Assembly (NCBI RefSeq): GCF_963921235.1
Contig: NC_086100.1
Span: 204,974,001-205,008,019 of the forward strand
Source of the DNA: Mobula hypostoma
Lineage: Eukaryota
Direction of reading: 5' to 3'
DNA: 34,019 nucleotides
Shown here one piece after another: positions 22,578 to 34,019 of the stretch (position 1 is the stretch's first letter; every line of letters begins with the position of its first letter). A model generated the notes under the pieces. The model searched no databases. It saw nothing but the letters and a program-made list of their open reading frames with translations, and was not told where the DNA came from. The translations under genes were made by a program, and so were the position numbers.

Positions 22578-23235
22578 TGTCACGTACCCCGTGACGGGTT
22601 AAAGAACCAGCAGAGATGGAAAACACTTTGGAGTCCAGTATTGCTATTAACTGATATTATTTATTAGTAACTATGCAATACAGTAATATAAATGTAGATA
22701 AATGAAACAGGTTAGCAATGATTATATGTAAGTAAGAGTGACATATATATGAAAACCAAGCTTCTTCAAATCTAGAGATTAAAAAGATACAGTCTTACGA
22801 TGATGAATAAAGTTCAGTTCAGTTCGTAGTGTTGAGTTGAGTAGTGATGGAGAGAGAGAGGGAGAGATTTGGGTCATCAGGTGAGCTGCTGCCTTTGATC
22901 TTCCCGTTGTCCTCCGAAATCCTTTAAAAGTCACCGACTGTGACCACAACAAAGGGGACCGGTTTTCCATGGTGGAGCTATCAATCTAGGCAAAGGTTGG
23001 ACACATGGACAACTCCCCACCGGTCAATCCCTTTTCTCACTGCAAGGGCCAACTAATCAATCTGCCTGGTCTATCCTCAGTGTCCAAAACAGGTGCCTGA
23101 GGTCTATATCAATTGACCTCCTATTTATCTCACTGTACTGAGTACCAACTGTCATTCAAGTAACTCCTCCTTCCTTTGGGTGTGTAAGAAATGTACAAGC
23201 AGGCAAACGTCCTTGGAGAAAGTATAAACAGCCTT
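22578..23235 (-). mobile_element. Gmr1-like Gypsy 3' LTR, distal part
   Basis: Homologous to 17383-18105. Minus-strand AATAAA at 22660-22665. Ends ..GTGACA. Confidence 0.85.
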
Positions 23236-26200
23236 ATAGAAACATAGAAACACAAAAATAGGTGCAGAAGAAGACCATTCGGACCTTCGAGCCTGCACCA
23301 CCATTCAGTATGATCATGGCTGATCATCCAACTCAGAAGCCTGTACCAGCCTTCCCTCCATACCCCTTGATCCCTTTAGCTACAAGGGCCATATCTAACT
23401 CCCTCTTAAATATAACCAATGAACCGGCCTCAACTGTTTCCTGTGCCAGAGAATTCCACAGATTCACCACTCTCTGAGTGAAGAAGTTTTTCCTAATCTC
23501 GGTCCTAAAAGGCTTCCCCTTTACCCTCAAACTGTGACCCCTCGTACTGGACTTCCCCAACATCGGGAACAATCTTCCTGCATTTAGCCTGTCCTATCCC
23601 TTTAGGATTTTATACGTTTCAATAAGATCCCCCCTCAATCTTCTAAATTCCAATGAATATAAGCCTAGTCGATCCAGTCTTTCATCATATAAAAGCCCTG
23701 CCATCCCAGGAATCAATCTGGTGAACCTTCTTTGTACTCCCTCTATGGCAAGAATGTCTTTCCTCAGATTAGAGGACCAATACTCCAGGTGTGATCTCAC
23801 CAAGGCCTTGTACAACAGCAGTAAAACCTCCCTGCTCCTGTACTCGAATCCTCTTGCTATGAATGCCAGCATACCATTCGCCTTTTTCACTGCCTGCTGT
23901 ACCTGCATGCCCACTTTCAATGACTGGTGTATAATGACACCCAGGTCTCGTTGCACCTCCCCTTTTCCTAATCAGCCACCATTCTGATAATAATCTGTTT
24001 TCCTGTTTTTGCCACCAAAGTGGATAACCTCACAGTTATCCATATTAAATTGCACCTGTCATGAATTTGCCCACTCACCTCACCTATCCAAATCACCCTG
24101 CATCCTCTTAGCATCCTCCTCACAGCTAACACTGCCTCCCAGCTTCGTGTCATCTGCAAACTTGGAGATGCTGCATTCAATTCCCTCATCTAAGACATTA
24201 ATATATATTGTAAACAACTGGGGTCCCAGCATTGAGCCTTGCGGTACCCCACTAGTCTCCACCTGCCAATCTGAAAAGGTCCCGTTTATTCCCACACTTT
24301 GCTTCCTGTCTGCCAACCGATTCTCTATCCACATCAATACTTTACCCCCAATACCGTGTGCTTTAAGTTTGCACACTAATCTCCTGTGTGGAACCTTGTC
24401 AAAAGCCTTTTGAAAATCCAAATATACCACATCCACTGGTTCTCCCCTATCCACTCTACTAGTTACATCCTCAAAAAAATCTGAGATTCGTCAGACATGA
24501 TTTTCCTTTCACAAATCCATGCTGACTTTGTCCGATGATTTCACCTGTTTCCAAATGTGCTGTTATCACATCTTTGATAACTGACTCTAGCATTTTCCCC
24601 TCCACCGATGTTAGGCTAACCAGTCTATAATTCCCTGGTTTCCCTCTCCCTCCTTTTTTAAAAAGTGGGGTTACATTCGCCACCCTCCAATCCTCAGGAA
24701 CTAGTCCAGAATCTAAAGAGTTTTGAAAAATTATCACTAATGTATCCACTATTTCTTGGGCTACTTCCTTAAGCACTCTGGGATGCAGACCATCTGGCCC
24801 TGGGGATTTATCTGCCTTTAATCCCTTCAATTTACCTAACACCACTTCCCTACTAACATGTATTTCCCTCAGTTCCTCCATCTCACTGGACCCTCTGTCC
24901 CCTACTATTTCCGGAAGATTATTTATGTCCTCCTTAGTGAAGACAGAACCAAAGTAGTTATGCAATTGGTCTGCTATGTCCTTGTTCCCCATAATCAATT
25001 CACCTGTTTCTGTCTGTAGGGGACCTACATTTGTCTTAACCAATCTTTTTCTTTTCACATATCTATAAAAGCTTTTACAGTCAGTTTTTATGTTCCCTGC
25101 CAGTTTTCTCTCATATTCTTTTCCCTTTCCTAATTAAGCCCTTTATCCTTTGTACTTTGAGTTTCTCCCAGTCCTCAGGTGAGCCGCTTTTTCTGGCTAA
25201 TTTGTATGCTTCTTCTTTGGAATTGATACTATCCCTAATTTCCCTTGTCAGCCATGGATGCACTACCTTCCTTGATTTATTCTTTTGCCAAACTGGGATG
25301 AACAATTGTTGTAGTTCATCCATGCGATCTTTAAATGCTTGCCATTGCATATCCACCTTCAACCCCTTAAATATCATTTGCCAGTCTATCTTAACTAATT
25401 CACGTCTCATACCTTCAAATTTACCCTTCTTTAAGTTCATAACTTTTCTTTCTGGATTAACTATGTCACTCTCCATCTTAATGAAGAATTCCACCATATT
25501 ATGGTCACTCTTACCCAAGGGGCCTCTCACGACAAGATTGCCAATTAACCCTTCCTCATTGCTCAAAACCCAGTCTAGAATAGCCTGCTCTCTGGTTGGT
25601 TCCTTGACATGTTGGTTGCAAAAACCATCCCGCATACATTCCAAGAAATCCTCTTCCTCAGCACCCTTACCAATTTGGTTCACCTGATCTATATGTAGAT
25701 TGAAGTCACCCATTATAACTGCTGTTCCTTTATTGCATGCATTTCGAATTTCCTGTTTAATGCCATCCCCAACCTCACTAGCAGTGTTAGGTGGCCTGTA
25801 CACAACTTCCACCAGCGTTTTCTGCCCCTTAGTGTTATGCAGCTCTACCCAAATCGATTCCACATCCTCCCGGCTAATGTCCTTCCTTTCTATTGCGTTA
25901 ATCCCCTGTCTAAACAGCAATGCTACCCACCTCATTTTCTTTCATGTCCATCCCTCCTGAATATTGAATATCCCTGAATGTTGAGCTCCCATCCTTGGTC
26001 ACCTTGGAGTCATGTCTCTGTGATCCCAACTATATCATATTCATTAATAACAATCTGCACTTTTAATTTATCCACCTTGTTACGAATGCTCCTTGCATCG
26101 ACACACAAAGCCCTCGGGCTTGCTTTTACAACACTCTTAGCCCTTATACAATTATGTTGAAAAGTGGCCCTTTTTGATTTTTGCCCTGGATTTGCCGGCC

Positions 26201-26347
26201 TGCCACTTTTACTTATCACCTTACTACTTTTTGCTTCTACCCTCATTTTACACCCCTCTGTCTCTCTGCACTTGTTTCCATCCCCCTGTTGTGAACTAAC
26301 CTCCTCTCTCTTAGTCTCTTTAATTTGATTCCCACCTCCCAACCATT

Positions 26348-26357
26348 CTAGTTTAAA
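26348..26357 (-). promoter_or_regulatory. Candidate -1 frameshift site T_TTA_AAC_TAG (CR1-B)
   Basis: ORF1 ends ACT TTA AAC TAG. -1 frame FKLEWLGGGN is in frame with ORF 26010..26342. Confidence 0.65.
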
Positions 26358-27278
26358 GTCACCTCCGTAGCCCTCGCAAATCTCCCTGCCAGGATATTGG
26401 TCCCCCTAGGATTCAAGTGTAACCCGTCCTTTTTGTGCAGGTCATACCTGCGCCAAAAGAGGTCCCAGTGATCCAAAAACTTGAATTCCTGCCCCCTGCT
26501 CCAATCCCTCAACCACGCATTTATCCTCCACCTCATTGCATTCCTGCTCTCACTGTTGCGTAGCACAGGCAGTAATCCCGAGATTATTACCTTTGCAGTC
26601 CTTTTTCTCAACTCCTTTCCTAACTCCCTATATTCTCCTTTCAGTGCCTCTTCCCTTTTCCTACCTATGTCATTGGTACCTATATGTACCACGACCTCTG
26701 GCTCCTCACCCTCCCACTTCAGGATATCTTGGACACGATCAGAAATATCCCGGACCCTGGCACCAGGGAGGCAAACTACCATCCGGGTCTCTGGACTGCG
26801 TTCACAGAATCGCCTATCTGGCCCCCTTGCTATCGAGTCCCCTATTACTACTGCCCTCCTCTTCCTTTCCCTACCCTTCTGAGCTACAGGGCCGGACTCT
26901 GTGCCGGAGGCCACAATTGCTTCCCCCAGGTAAGCTGTTCCCCCCCCCAACAGTACGCAAACAGGAGTAATTATTGTCAAGGGGCACAGCCACTGGGGTA
27001 ATCTCTAGTACCTGACCCTTCCCCTTCCTCTTTCTAACCATGACCCACTTGTCTGCATCCTGTGGCCCCGGTGTGACCACCTGCCTGTAACTCCTCTCTA
27101 TCAACTCCTCACTCTCCCTGACCTGATGAAGGTCATCGAGCTGCAGCTCCAGTCCCCTAACGCGGTCCCTTTGGAGCTGCATCTCGGCGCACCTGGCACA
27201 GATGTGGTCCGGGAGGCTTGGAGACTCCAGGACCTCCCAAGTCCGGCACCGAGAACAACATGCTGCCCTCACACTCAT
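26348..27278 (-). pseudogene. CR1-B ORF1 (Zn finger, leucine zipper, SGNH esterase), frameshifted
   Basis: CSRC..CARC, LELQLDDL, VVIGDS, HIGTND, DGLHLN. Confidence 0.88.
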
Positions 27279-27415
27279 ACTGCCCTCTCCTCAAATAACA
27301 AAAAAAAATGAATACCAAACCTTCCTCGCCTCGCCCGTTTCTGCCTAAATCCGTTGAGTCGAAGCCCTTAAGCCTTCACTCTGCTCCCGGCTCTCTCTGC
27401 CGCCCGCAAAACGAC

Positions 27416-27491
27416 GCTGCCCGCTGTATGAGGCTCTGTTCCTTTTAAATCTTCTGCGCTTCACTGCCCAACGTCACACGCCTGCGCAGTC
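27416..27491 (-). promoter_or_regulatory. Putative CR1 internal promoter motif (copy in CR1-B)
   Basis: GACTGCGCAGGCGTG-TGACGT..TTTAAAAGG..ATACAGCGGGCAGC. Confidence 0.45.
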
Positions 27492-27556
27492 CCACCTCTC
27501 TGAACGCCGATGAAAAAAAACAAAAAATTCAAAATGGCTTCCTCTGCACTCCCTCC

Positions 27557-27707
27557 AGAGAAACGATAACATGGATTATCCATCAAATAACGCTGCCTCG
27601 GTTACCATAGCGACTTGCGAGCTACTCGGTGCTCTCTCTCACTCCCAACTCAGCCGAAATCCAAAAGTTCCTCATGCCTTAAAGTGACAGTACAAAATTA
27701 GTCTTCA

Positions 27708-27744
<37 letters not shown>

Positions 27745-27868
27745 TTCTCTCTCTCTTTTCAAAACAACATGTTGGTGTTAAATACCTCTCTGTCTCTCTC
27801 TTTTCAAAAGCTCAGTTCATAAGGGTAATCGAGCACAGTTCGTAGGGGTTATTCAGGAACCCGTCACA
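27557..27868 (-). mobile_element. Gmr1-like Gypsy 3' LTR, proximal part, with (CT)n tract
   Basis: Homologous to 18110-18340. Minus strand starts TGTGAC at 27868. Confidence 0.85.
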
Positions 27869-27876
27869 CCCCTTCA
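27869..27876 (-). promoter_or_regulatory. Short polypurine tract
   Basis: T-run then GAAGGGG directly before the LTR TGT. Confidence 0.55.
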
Positions 27877-27995
27877 GAGAAAAAAAAATTGACGAAGGCG
27901 AAATTTGTTTTTTAGTCTAAATGTAAATTACAGAGTTTGAAACAATACATGTATGATCATCAAATGACAGACCAAAAACGTGTACAATTTCCAAC

Positions 27996-28996
27996 TTAAC
28001 ATCGGGATAAATAATCACCTATAATATTGTCAGTATCTTCCACATGTTTGGTTTTTAAGCCACATTCTTGCACTAAGAGACTCCAATTTTACAACCTTCT
28101 ATTCTTATCCTTCATCTTAGTTAGAAACACTAAAGGATTATAATCCATGTAAACCACAAGTGGTCCCTGGGCAGGACAAATGTAGACCTAAAAATATTGT
28201 AAAGCTAGAATAAGAGTCAACAATTCCTTTTCAACAGTTGAAGATTTTTTTCTGGTGCACTTTAAATTTCATTCAGAAATAAGCTACTGGGTGTTCAATG
28301 TCACCCACACCCTTCTGTAACAGTACTGCCCCAGCAGCTTCGTCACTAGCATTTGCAGCTATAGAAAATGGCTTGGAAAAATCTGGTGCTTTAAGCACAG
28401 GATGAGAACACGGGATGGTTTTCAGACGTTCAAATGCCTCCTGACAAAGGTCATTCCATACGTATCTTTCACTCTTCCCCAGAAGTTTCGTTAGGGGAGA
28501 GCGATGTCAGCAAAGTTCTTACAAAACTTACGATAATACCCAACCATTCCTAAAAACCGCCTTAAAGCCTTCTTGCCCTTTAGAACAGGAACCTCAGCAA
28601 AGCTTGAACCTTGGCCTGTACAGGAGCCAGCTGGCCCTGGCCTAGTACATAGCCAAGATAAATAAATGTGGCATTGCCAAACTCACTTTTAGTGAGGTTC
28701 ACAGTAAGACTGGCCTTGGAAAGTCTGTCAAACAGTTTTTCTACCGCTGCAATATGCTCTTCCCACGTGTTATTCCAGACCACTAAATCATTGATAGAAG
28801 CCTCTGTGTTTTCTAAAACAAAAATCACAGAATTGATCATTCTTTGAAATGTCCCTGGAGCATTTTTCATCCCAAAGGGTAAAACATTCTATTCATACAG
28901 TCTAGATGGTGTCACAAATGCTGATATCTCTTTAGCCATCTCTGTTAAAGGAACACCCCAGTATCCTTTTAACAGGTCAATCTTTGTAAGGTATTT
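27996..28996 (-). pseudogene. pol: Gmr1-like pol: RT + RNase H (terminal domain)
   Basis: YLTKIDLLKGYW, PFGMKNAPGTFQR, SINDL (decayed YIDD), PDFSKPF..NASD, DYNPL, GDYLSRC*. Confidence 0.88.
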
Positions 28997-30683
28997 CAAA
29001 GGATATTCTTTGGTATTCACCAATGAGAGGGAACTTGATGATGGTGAGGACAATATGAGTGAGGTTGATGTTCTGGAGCATGCTGATATTAAGGGAGAGG
29101 AGGTGTTGGAGTTGTTAAAATACATTAAGACAGATAAGTCCCCGGGTCCTGACGGAATATTCCCCAGGCTGCTCCACGAGGCGAGAGAAGAGATTGCTGA
29201 GCCTCTGGCTAGGATCTTTATGTCCTCGTTGTCCACGGGAATGGTACCGGACGATTGGAGGGAGGCGAATGTTGTTCCCTTGTTCAAAAAAGGTAGTAGG
29301 GATAGTCCGGGTAATTACAGACCAGTGAGCCTTACGTCTGTGGTGGGAAAGCTGTTGGAAAAGTTTCTTAGAGATAGGATCTATAGGCATTTAGAGAATC
29401 GTGGTCTGATCAGGGACAGTCAGCATGGCTTTGTGAAGGGCAGATCGTGTCTAACAAGCCTGATAGAGTTCTTTGAGGAGGTGACCAGGCATATAGATGA
29501 GGGTAGTGCAGTGGATGTGATCTGTATGGATTTTAGTAAGGCATTTGACAAGGTTCCACATGGTAGGCTTATTCAGAAAGTTAGAAGGCATGGGATCCAG
29601 GAAAGTTTGGCCAGGTGGATTCAGAATTGGCTTGCCTGCAGAAGGCAGAGGGTGGTGGTGGCGGGAGTACATTCAGATTGGAGGATTGTGACTAGTGGTG
29701 TCCCACAAGGATCTGTTCTGGGACCTCGACTTTTCGTGATTTTTATTAACGACCTGGATGTGGGGGTAGAAGGGTGGGTTGGCAAGTTTGCATACGACAC
29801 AAAGGTTGGTGGTGTTGTAGATAGTGTAGAGGATTGTCAAAGATTGCAGAGAGACATTGATAGGATGGAGAAGTGGGCTGAGAAGTGGCAGATGGAGTTC
29901 AACCCGGAGAAGTGTGAGGTGGTACACTTTGGAAGGACAAACTCCAAGGCAGAGTACAAAGTAAATGGCAGGATACTTGGTAGTGTGGAGGAGCAGAGGG
30001 AATCTCGGGGTACATGTCCACAGATCCCTGAAAGTTGCCTCACAGGTGGATAGGGTAGTTAAGAAATATTATGGGGTGTTAGCTTTCATAAGTCGAGGGA
30101 TAGAGTTTAAGAGCCGCGATGTAATGATGCAGCTCTATAAAACTCTGGTTAGGCCACACTTGGAGTATTGTGTCCAGTTCTGGTCACCTCACTATAGGAA
30201 GGATGTGGAAGCATTGGAAAGGGTACAGAGGAGATTTACCATGATGCTGCCTGGTTTAGAAAGTATGCATTATGATCAGAGATTAAAGAAGCTAGGGCTT
30301 TAGTCTTTGGAGAGAAGGAGGATGAGAGGAGACACGATAGATGTGTACAAGATATTAAGAGGAATAGATAGAGTGGATAGCCAGTGCCTCTTCCCTAGGG
30401 CACCACTGCTCAAGACAAGAGGACATGGCTTTAAGGTAAGGGGTGGGAAGTTCAAGGGGCATATTAGAGCAAGGTTTTTTACTCAGAGAGTGGTTGGTGC
30501 GTGGGATGCACTGCCTGAGTCAGTGGTGGAGGCAGATACACTAGTGAAGTTTAAGAGACTCCTCAACAGGTTTATGGAGGAATCTAAGGTGGGGGCTTAT
30601 ATGGGAGGCAGGGTTTGAGGGTTGGTACAACATTGTGGGCTGAAGGGCCTGTACTGTGCTGTACTATTCTATGTTCTACGTTC
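28997..30683 (+). mobile_element. CR1 family A, 5'-truncated, inserted in Gmr1-like RT
   Basis: 347-aa RT ORF. (TGTTCTA)n tail. Flanked by duplicated TATTT (28992-28996, 30684-30688). Confidence 0.93.
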
Positions 30684-30863
30684 TATTTAGCCTTCCCCAC
30701 TTTATCAATAAAGTCATTCACTATCTTTCCTGGTTCTTTTTTGTTTCTAATTACTTGTCAACCATTTTATTTCCTCAAAGTTCATTCTGTCAAGATGCTG
30801 TTTCATGGTCTGGGCTGAATTTATAATGACCTGATGCACTGCATCTGTGCACCATTTCATAAT
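30684..30863 (-). pseudogene. pol: Gmr1-like pol: RT N-terminal sliver
   Basis: AVHQVII..MKQHLDRMN and NDFIDKVGKAK, which joins YLTKIDL at 28996. Confidence 0.75.
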
Positions 30864-33478
30864 TAGAACATAGAACATAGAAGAGTACAGCACATTACAG
30901 GCCCTTCGGCCCACAATGTTGTGCCGACACTCAAACCCTGCCTCCCATATAACCTCCACCTTAAATTCCTCCATATACCTGTCTAGTAGTCTCTTAAACT
31001 TCACTAGTGTATCTGCCTCCACCACTGACTCAGGCACTGCATTCCAGGCACCAACCACTCTCTGAGTGAAAAACTTTCCTCTAATATCCCCCTTGAACTT
31101 CCCACCCCACACCTTAAAGCCCTGTCCTCTTGTGGTGAGCAGTGGTGCCCTGGGGAAGAGGCGCTGTCTATCCACTATATCTATTCCTCTTAATATCTTG
31201 TACACATCTATCATGTCTCCTCTCATCCTCCTTCTCTCCAAAGAGTAAAGCCCTTGTTCCCTTAATCTCTGATCATAATCCATTCTCTCTAAACCAGGCA
31301 GCATCCTGGTAGATCCCCTCTGTACCCTTTCCAATGCTTCCACATCGCTCCTGTAGTGAGGCGACCAGAACTGGACACAGTACTCCAAGTGTGGCCTAAC
31401 CAGAGTTTTATAGAGCTGCATCATTACATCGCGACTCTTAAGCTCTATCCCTCAACTTATGAAAGCTAACACTCCATAAGCTTTCTTAACTACCCTATCT
31501 ACCTGTGACGCAGCTTTCAGGGATCTGTAGACATGTATCGGCAGATTCCTCTGCTCCTCCACACTACCAAGTATCCTGCCATTTACTTTGTACTCTGCCT
31601 TGGAGTTTGACCTTCCAAAGTGTACCACCTCACATTTCTTTGGGTTGAACTCCATCTGCCACTTCTCAGCCCACTTCTGCATTCTATCAATGTCTCTCTG
31701 CAAACTTCAACAATCTTCTACACTATCTACAACACCACCAATCGTTGTGTCATCTGCAAACTTGCCAACCCACCCTTCTACCCCCACATCTAGGTCGTTA
31801 ATAAAAATCACGAAAAGAAGAGTTCCCAGAACAGATACTTGTGGGACACTACTAGTCACAATCCTCCAATCTGAATGTACTCCCTCCACCACCACCCTCT
31901 GCCTTCTGCAGGCAAGACAATTCTGAATCCACCTGGCCAAACTTCCCTGGATCCTATGCCTTCTGACTTTCTGAATAAGCCTACAGTGTGGAACCTTGTC
32001 AAATGGCTTACTAAAATCCATGTAGATCACATCAACTGCACTACCCTCATCTATATGCCTGGTCACCTCCTCAAAGAACTCTATCAGGCTTGTTAGACAC
32101 GATCTGGCCTTCACAAAGCCATGCTGACTGTCCCTGATCAGACCATGATTCTCTAAATGCCCATAGATCCTATCTCTAAGAAACTTTTCCAACAGCTTTC
32201 CCACCACAGGCGTAAGGCTCACTGGTCTATAATTACCCGGACTATTCCTACTACCTTTTTTGATCAAGGGGACAACATTCGCCTCCCTCCAATCCTCCGC
32301 TACCATTCCCGTGGACAACGAGGTCATAAAGATCCTCGCCAGAGGCTCAGCAATCTCTTCCCTTGCCTCGTGGAGCAGCCTGGAGAATATTCCGTCAGGC
32401 CCTGGGGACTTATCCGTCCTAATGTATTTTAACAACTCCAACACCTCCTCTGCCTTAATATCAACATGATCCAGAACATCAACCTCACTCATATTCTCCT
32501 CACCGTCATCGTTCCCTCTCATAGGTGAATACCGAAGAGAAGTATTCATTGAGGACCTCACTCACTTCCACAGCCTCCAGGCACATCCTCCCACCTTTAT
32601 CTCTAATTGGTCCTACCTTCACTCCTGTTATCCTTTTGTTCTTCAGATAATTGAAGAATGCCTTGGGGTTTTCCTTTACTCTACTTGCCAAGGCTTTCTC
32701 ATGCCCCCTTCTTGCTCTTCTCAGCCCTTTCTTAAGCTCCTTTCTTGCTTCCCTATATTCCTCAATAGACCCATCTGATCCTTGCTTCCTAAACCTCATG
32801 TATGCTGCCTTCTTCCACCTGACTAGATTTTCTACCTCACTTGTCACCCATGGTTCCTCCACCCTACCATTCTTTATCTTCCTCACCGGGACAAATTTAT
32901 CCCTAACATCCTGCAAGAGATCTCTAAACATCGACCACATGTCCATAGTATATTTCCCTGTAAAAACATCATCTCAATTCACACCCGCAAGTTCTACCTA
33001 TTACTAGATCTAGTATGGCATTCTCCCTAGTCGGCCTGTCAACATAGTGTGACAGGAATCCGTCCTGGACACACTTAACAATCTCTGCCCCATCTAAACC
33101 CTTGGAACTAATCAGGTGCCAATCAATATTAGGGAAGTTAATGTCACCCATGATAACAACCCTGTTATTTATGCACCTTTCCAAAATCTGTTCCCAATCT
33201 GCTCGTCTGTATCTCTGCTGCTACCAGGGGGTCTCTAGAATACCCCCAATGGAGTAACTACTCCCTTCCTGTTCCTGACTTCCACCCATACTGACTCAAA
33301 GTGGATCCTGCTACATTACCCACCCTTTCTGTAGCTGTAATAGTATCCCTGACCAGTAATGCCACCCCTCCTCCCCTTTCTTCCCCCCACCCTTCTATCC
33401 CTTTTAAAGCACTGAAATCCAGGAATATTGAGAATCCATTCCTGCCCTGGTGCCAGCCAAGTCTCTGTAATGGCCAAG
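30864..33478 (-). mobile_element. CR1 family A, 5'-truncated within APE
   Basis: AITETWL, MGDINFP, RT motifs with KFADDT. (TGTTCTA)n tail. Deletion near 32997. Confidence 0.92.
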
Positions 33479-34019
33479 TTTCTGAATATCAGAAAATAAA
33501 TCTCCATGCTTGCCAGGTAGTTCTTTCACCTGTTTTTGCGGTGTAGGGTCCAAATGATGGACTTTATCAGTAATATTTTTCAAAACAATAGAATTCTGAC
33601 ATCTTGTTGTCTCTAGATTCAGTGGGAAAACATGTTCTTTCATCCCATTATCAGATCCCACAACTCCATTTTGTTCCATAACAATTCTCCCGGGAGCCAT
33701 TCTAACGAATGTGTGTTTTATTTTAATTTGAACACTCTGTAAACTTTCTTTTGCAAGGTCAGAAATCGTATTAGATCCTTTCCAGAGTTTTAAAACATAA
33801 TTAAGCATATGACACATGGTTCCAAATCAGACCGTAGTTCTCTGAGTAGGGTCAAAGGTCCTTTTGGCCTGTAACTGAACACAGGATCCAACAGATCGCC
33901 CTCCAATGGCTTCTGAATCGATTCTCCAACAATAAGTAAGAGGAAGAGAATCCCTTCATCCCAATTTTTCCCATTTTTCACACAATATGTTTTAATCATG
34001 GTCTTAAGAGTTGAGTTGA
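33479..34019 (-). pseudogene. pol: Gmr1-like pol: end of integrase core and pre-RT linker (runs off window)
   Basis: STLKTMIKTYC..NWDEGILFLL..ESIQ..GPLTLLRE, then QVKEL..DLFSDI. Confidence 0.75.

Larger units (their letters stand above)
23236..27556 (-). mobile_element. CR1 family B, essentially full length (5' UTR, ORF1 esterase, APE, RT, tail), decayed, inserted in LTR
   Basis: All domains in order. (TGTTTCTA)n tail. Flanked by atagaaac and agagaaac. Confidence 0.93.

Noticed and set aside
17383..27868. The two similar LTRs as the paired ends of one element
   Set aside because: 17383-18340 has its own GTCC TSD (solo LTR), and the internal region of the second LTR lies on its far side.
28889..29287. 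ORF fusing unknown sequence to YLTKIDLLKGYW
   Set aside because: Chance read-through from antisense CR1-A into the Gypsy RT at the insertion junction.
30747..31424. Extended C-terminus of CR1-A ORF2
   Set aside because: A frameshift near the normal stop lets the frame run through the UTR into flanking Gmr1-like sequence.

Overview
This window is eukaryotic DNA, probably from a cartilaginous fish (inferred from the repeat families). It consists almost entirely of nested, decayed retroelements, and I see no host gene, rRNA, tRNA or CRISPR array. I resolve 11 CR1 LINE insertions from five families, which I label A-E by tail repeat and sequence (9 on the minus strand, 2 on the plus strand). There is also one Penelope-like element with inverted arms, a 14-bp TSD and hammerhead-ribozyme motifs. 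Two fragments of a conventional Gypsy element lie in opposite orientations. A Gmr1-type Gypsy (integrase upstream of RT-RNase H) is split by three CR1s, and a solo LTR of its family is also present. The most striking signal is at the ORF1/ORF2 junction. In all four CR1 families where it survives, ORF1 ends T-TTA-AAC-stop, the canonical U_UUA_AAC -1 slippery heptamer. The -1 frame is the ORF2 frame, and a G-rich motif sits exactly 10 nt downstream. This suggests a retrovirus-like programmed frameshift producing an esterase-EN-RT fusion in a LINE. Boundaries were read by eye and may be off by a few bases.
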